In this document: positions 16,384-20,000 of the stretch, piece after piece | Numbering within the stretch: the stretch's first letter is position 1 | Layout: each line of letters opens with the position of its first letter | Origin: an uncultured virus (IMG/VR IMGVR_UViG_3300027793_000005) | Lineage: Duplodnaviria; Heunggongvirae; Uroviricota; Caudoviricetes | Reading direction: 5' to 3' (one strand) | IMG/VR virus record: IMGVR_UViG_3300027793_000005 | Length of the DNA stretch: 20,000 bases | Made by a program: the position numbers and the translations under genes | The notes under the pieces: model-generated | What the model saw: the letters and a program-made list of their open reading frames with translations, nothing else | Databases searched by the model: none | Told to the model about the DNA's origin: nothing

Positions 16384-16544
16384 CACTCAGCCTCCTTGTC
16401 CTTCTTCAGTTCGACCACCTGCGGCTCTGCCTGAGCGCGGATGTTCATAAGCAGGGGGTAGAGTCCTGCCTTCGTCGGCATTTCACCGAGAATCGAAACG
16501 ATGGCGTTGACTTCATCGAGGGTCAGTTTGAGGGTGAGTTCCAT
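16383..16544 (-). CDS. Small hypothetical protein (53 aa), not in the ORF track; possible tail-fibre accessory or chaperone
   Basis: MELTLKLTLDEVNAIVSILGEMPTKAGLYPLLMNIRAQAEPQVVELKKDKEAE*. SD AAGGAG 6 nt before the ATG. It fills the gap between tail fibre and holin exactly, with a TGATG overlap. Confidence 0.8.
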   Translation of the reverse strand: MELTLKLTLDEVNAIVSILGEMPTKAGLYPLLMNIRAQAEPQVVELKKDKEAE

Positions 16545-16553
16545 GTGCGCTCC

Positions 16554-18257
16554 TTATGCGTTGGCGATGGTGGTGACGGTGCCGCTGCTGCCGCGATACT
16601 TGAGCGCGCCCGCCTCGACATACAGGACGCCGCCGCCGGTCGGGTTGCCGGTCGGCACCGTCACAGCGTTGCCGATGCCAATCACGCGCACCGATGAGGC
16701 ACCGAACGAGGTCGTCCCGATGCCGAGGTTGCCGCTGCTGTCGAGCGTGGCCCGCAAGGCACCACCAGTCCAGAACTGCATCGGAGTGGCGGAAGCGTTG
16801 TAAAGCACCGCAGCGTAAGCGGTGGAGCCGGGGAAAAACGCGCCGCCCGTACTTGATTCGGTGCCGACATAGAAATCGCCGCCCGTGCTTGTAAGACGGA
16901 CAAACCGAGACGATGTGCTAGCGGTGTTGATTGCGTTAGCGTTGAAGCCGATGCCGTTAAACGCCGCGTCTCCGTTTACCGTAAGTTTCTCCGTAGGCGA
17001 ACTCGTCCCGATGCCGACATTGCCGCCGTTGGGCTGCAAAGCAAAGTCGTAGTAGGTCTGGCTTGCAGAGTTACGAACCTGCAAGTAGCCAAGCACGGAA
17101 CTACCAGAGCCAATTTCAACGCAGCCTGCGCCCGCAGTAGTGTTTGTGATAAGAAACGCGCCGCTAGGCGTTGTATCGCCCGGAGTCTGCGATGCCTTGT
17201 TCGTATGCAGTCGCGTTCCCGGCGAACTCGTCCCGATGCCGAGGTTGCCGCTGTCGTTGAGCCGCATAACCTCCGCAGTTGCCACGCGCCAGACATAGGA
17301 CGGAGTGCCGCTTGACGATGTGACATCCCATCCCCACAGCCCCGCCGAGTCGTCGAGGAACATCGACCCGCGACGGTTGTTCGCGCCGTCGTTGACGTAG
17401 AGCGAATAGCCGATGACGGCGTTGTTGCTGTCGGACTGAAGATAAACGCCTTTGTTCAGCGAGGGCGTGGTGCTAAGAGTTCCGCCGATGCCGAGGTTGC
17501 CGGAGGTGTCGAGGCGCATCCTCTCTACGGTGTTCAGCGAAAATGTCATGCCTCCGGTAGTGTTGCCAGCGTCAAAACCTGATGTCGTTGCATCAGTTCG
17601 CAGCGCAATCTCAACACCACTTGAGGAATTTCGCAGCCTAGCCCCAATGCCATTTACTGCATGGAACACATCAAGCCTGTTCACAGGCGCAGCCGTACCG
17701 ATACCAAAGTTGCCCGCCGAACTGAGCCGCATGCGCTCGCTGCCGCCGACGCCCCAAGCGAGGGTGTCCGCTCCGGGGCTGTGCATGAATATGCCAGCAG
17801 GGGTGCTGGTGATTCCAGAGATGTTGATGGAACCGACGCTGAGAGCGGAGAAGTGAGAGATTGCCGTAACGACATCGGTGCCGTTGCAGACGAGGCTCAT
17901 CTTGGCAGCGGCGGGGACAGACACGCCAGTCTGACCCGAGACCTTGACGGTCACCGCTCCGGTCGAGTTGTTGAAGATGAAGTAGAGTTTCTTGTTGGCA
18001 GGGACGACGAGTTCAGTGTTCCCGCCACCGCCAGTCCCGGTCAACTCGATGTACATGTTCCGGGCAACGCCCGTGGCACCGTTCGGGATGGTGATGGTCG
18101 TGGCAGTACCCGTCGAGACCGCTTGGGTCACATAGCCCGAGATGGCCTGCTCGATCAGGGTACCGAGGTTGTTGTTCGTGGTGTTGCCCCAAGAGCCAGC
18201 CTGATCGTTGTTGCCGATCAGTTCCAGAGCAAGGTTGGTGCTGTAAGTAGATGCCAT
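16554..18257 (-). CDS. Phage tail fibre protein (567 aa) with five GN(L/V/F)GIG repeats
   Basis: SD GAGGT. N-terminal MASTYSTNLALELIG...WGNTTNNNLGTLIEQAISG anchor. Repeats: ERMRLSSAGNFGIGT, ERMRLDTSGNLGIGG, EVMRLNDSGNLGIGT, LQPNGGNVGIGT, LRATLDSSGNLGIGT. G/S/T rich. Confidence 0.8.
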   Translation of the reverse strand: MASTYSTNLALELIGNNDQAGSWGNTTNNNLGTLIEQAISGYVTQAVSTGTATTITIPNGATGVARNMYIELTGTGGGGNTELVVPANKKLYFIFNNSTGAVTVKVSGQTGVSVPAAAKMSLVCNGTDVVTAISHFSALSVGSINISGITSTPAGIFMHSPGADTLAWGVGGSERMRLSSAGNFGIGTAAPVNRLDVFHAVNGIGARLRNSSSGVEIALRTDATTSGFDAGNTTGGMTFSLNTVERMRLDTSGNLGIGGTLSTTPSLNKGVYLQSDSNNAVIGYSLYVNDGANNRRGSMFLDDSAGLWGWDVTSSSGTPSYVWRVATAEVMRLNDSGNLGIGTSSPGTRLHTNKASQTPGDTTPSGAFLITNTTAGAGCVEIGSGSSVLGYLQVRNSASQTYYDFALQPNGGNVGIGTSSPTEKLTVNGDAAFNGIGFNANAINTASTSSRFVRLTSTGGDFYVGTESSTGGAFFPGSTAYAAVLYNASATPMQFWTGGALRATLDSSGNLGIGTTSFGASSVRVIGIGNAVTVPTGNPTGGGVLYVEAGALKYRGSSGTVTTIANA

Positions 18258-18268
18258 AGTGTGTTACC

Positions 18269-19120
18269 TCAAGTAACGATATCAGTCCAGTTCGCACTCT
18301 GAGAAGTTGAGACAGGGTTCCAGTTCGGGGTCTGTGCAGTACCTACGGCGGTCCAGTTCGGGGTCTGTGCAGTACCTACAGCGGTCCAGTTCGGGGTCTG
18401 TGCAGTACCTACAGCGGTCCAGTTCGGGGTCTGTGCGGTGTCGATTATACCCCAGACGTTGGCCAAATTTACCACACCGAGGGCAGATACCCCATTCAGC
18501 AGGACGGTCACATCCGAATAGTACGAAACCGTACCGATCGCCCCCGTGGCAGACACCCCGGTGACCGAGACATCTATGCCAATCGCGACCGTTTCGTCGC
18601 CAAGGGCAGTGGTACCAACCACCCCCGTAACCGGGACATTGGCCACTCCGATGACCGCGACCGTGCCGATCGATCCCGTGGCAGACACTCCGGTCGGGGT
18701 GACCGTGGTCTGGGTGATGACCGTCTCGTTGCCGAGGGCCGTCGTGCCAACCACCCCGGTGACGTTGACCGTGGCACTGATGGAGACCGTCTCGTCTCCA
18801 AGGGCTGTAGTACCCACCACCCCGGTGACCGGGATGACAGCGTTGGTCAGGACAGTTACAGACCCCAGCAGGCCACTTGCCGCAACCCCGGAGACGAAGA
18901 TGATGACATCGCCGCCTGTCTGGACGGTGACGGATCCAAGGGTCGTCGTGCCGACCACCCCGGTGACGGGGAAGACCATGTCCGTGAGGACAGTCTCGCT
19001 CCCGAGGATGGCTGACGCAGAGAGTCCTGTGACCGAGACAGTGACCGTCCCGGCCTGTATGTCGAATGCCGAAGTTGAGAACGCCGACGTCGAAAACGCC
19101 GACGTCGAGAAAGAACTCAC
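18269..19120 (-). CDS. Thr/Val/Gly-rich repetitive phage structural protein (283 aa)
   Basis: GTG start overlapping the upstream TGA. N-terminal STSAF repeats, many V(T/S)GV(V/S)(G/A)T(T/G)A(L/I)G repeats, and C-terminal TAQTPNW repeats. Confidence 0.7.
   Translation of the reverse strand: MSSFSTSAFSTSAFSTSAFDIQAGTVTVSVTGLSASAILGSETVLTDMVFPVTGVVGTTTLGSVTVQTGGDVIIFVSGVAASGLLGSVTVLTNAVIPVTGVVGTTALGDETVSISATVNVTGVVGTTALGNETVITQTTVTPTGVSATGSIGTVAVIGVANVPVTGVVGTTALGDETVAIGIDVSVTGVSATGAIGTVSYYSDVTVLLNGVSALGVVNLANVWGIIDTAQTPNWTAVGTAQTPNWTAVGTAQTPNWTAVGTAQTPNWNPVSTSQSANWTDIVT
18319..18436. repeat. 33-bp in-frame tandem repeat (about 3.6 copies) encoding TAVGTAQTPNW
   Basis: tccagttcggggtctgtgcagtacctac(g/a)gcgg starts at 18319, 18352 and 18385, with a partial copy at 18418. 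The full copies differ at one base. Confidence 0.95.
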
Positions 19121-19476
19121 GGCGTTCCGCGCCAGAGGTCTCCAGACGCGCCGCTACCGTAGACGGTAGCCGAGTTCATCTTGGAGACGTTGACATCAGG
19201 CACTGCCGCAACAACCTCCTCACGAAGATCAGTAGGGTCCGCGCCGCTCGCAGTGACGTGAAGGACGAAGTCACCGATGGTGTTGGTGTGGGTCGCAGTC
19301 AGGGCAAGGCTGTACCAGCCATCACCGCGCTCGGTGACAGTCGGAGTAATAGAGGCGAACGCCGCCCCGTTTTTGGAGAGCGTGATGGTCAGGGTCGCAC
19401 CAGTCTTGCCCGTCACATGGTCAGACGAGTCGGTCATAAACACCATCAGGTCCCGAGCGGTACTTTGAAGCAGCAT
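19117..19476 (-). CDS. Small beta-sandwich (Ig-like) phage accessory or structural protein, 119 aa
   Basis: Alternating beta pattern TLTITLSKNG...VTERGDGWYSLALT...DFVLHVTASGAD. Tight coupling with both neighbours. Confidence 0.6.
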   Translation of the reverse strand: MLLQSTARDLMVFMTDSSDHVTGKTGATLTITLSKNGAAFASITPTVTERGDGWYSLALTATHTNTIGDFVLHVTASGADPTDLREEVVAAVPDVNVSKMNSATVYGSGASGDLWRGTP

Positions 19477-19482
19477 GATTGG

Positions 19483-20000
19483 TTACCTGTTCACGACACG
19501 AGAACGAGAGTAGGTGTTGCCACCGCCAGCCGGGGGCGGGTAGTACAGAATCACCGCCTCGATGTCGTAGTTGTGGAATGTCGATGACGCGCCAAGCAGC
19601 GGGAATTCACCCGTTGCAGAGGTTCGCCCAGATACCAGAGCCAAGCCCTGACCGGGCTTGACGATGATGCCCGAGCCGGAATCAGCCTCGAACATCAGGG
19701 AATCGTTCATCGTGGAGGACTGAAAACCGATGGCGTTGCTGATGCCAACATCTGGAAAGACGGGCGTGTAGGTCTTGCGATTGAAGACGGCAGCGTTGAG
19801 GTTATATCTCAGCCATGCCGCAACGCCTGCGCCTGCGCCGACGAAATCGTTTCCATGCGTGGTGTAGTAGTCAGACTGCCATTCGCCCGGCAAGCGAATC
19901 TGCAACGGCCCGCTCGTTACCTTTAGGCTACTCGGAGCGGTCTTCGACGTGTCGGGGCTTATAGGCGTGACGGCATCGCCGTCAAGCGCGATACCGTCCA
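19483..20000 (-). CDS. Hypothetical phage protein, 5'-truncated at the window edge
   Basis: The frame stays open upstream of the track's TTG (19905) to the window end (...DGIALDGDAVTPISPDTSKTAPSSLKVTSGPLQIRL...). It ends GGGNTYSRSRVVNR* at 19483. Confidence 0.7.
   Translation of the reverse strand, partial: DGIALDGDAVTPISPDTSKTAPSSLKVTSGPLQIRLPGEWQSDYYTTHGNDFVGAGAGVAAWLRYNLNAAVFNRKTYTPVFPDVGISNAIGFQSSTMNDSLMFEADSGSGIIVKPGQGLALVSGRTSATGEFPLLGASSTFHNYDIEAVILYYPPPAGGGNTYSRSRVVNR

Noticed and set aside
16554..18257. Diversity-generating retroelement target or invertible tail-fibre system
   Set aside because: No reverse transcriptase, invertase, adenine-variant template repeat or inverted repeats were seen in the window.
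18319..18436. 33-bp repeats as a CRISPR array
   Set aside because: The copies are directly tandem with no unique spacers, lie in frame in a CDS, and no cas genes are present.

Overview
A GC-rich (about 60%) segment of a tailed-phage (podovirus-like) virion morphogenesis operon. All real genes are on the minus strand and tightly packed, mostly with TGATG/ATGA/GTGA overlaps or gaps of 10 nt or less. In transcription order (20000 to 1): three small Thr/Val/Gly-rich structural or accessory proteins, a GN(L/V/F)GIG-repeat tail fibre, a 53-aa ORF missed by the track, a holin plus M15 endolysin cassette, a 763-aa tail nozzle/stabilisation-type protein, a 199-aa tail protein, three probable ejection (DNA-transfer) proteins of about 1163, 442 and 537 aa, and a giant ORF of more than 2041 codons (6125 to <1). 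The ORF track omits the giant ORF because it has no stop inside the window. Hand translation shows a polyvalent protein with this order: hydrophobic N-terminus, winged-helix-like domain, a possible divergent ADP-ribosyltransferase fold, a signal/TM-like segment followed by a YkuD L,D-transpeptidase-type domain with intact His and Cys, an HExxH zincin, an ART-PolyVal-type ADP-ribosyltransferase and a PLxRFG-type helical region. The YkuD domain in a putative injected protein and the recurring [FYM]-A-x-G-G motifs in the ejection proteins are the most notable signals. All family assignments come from motif recognition by eye, not database searches.
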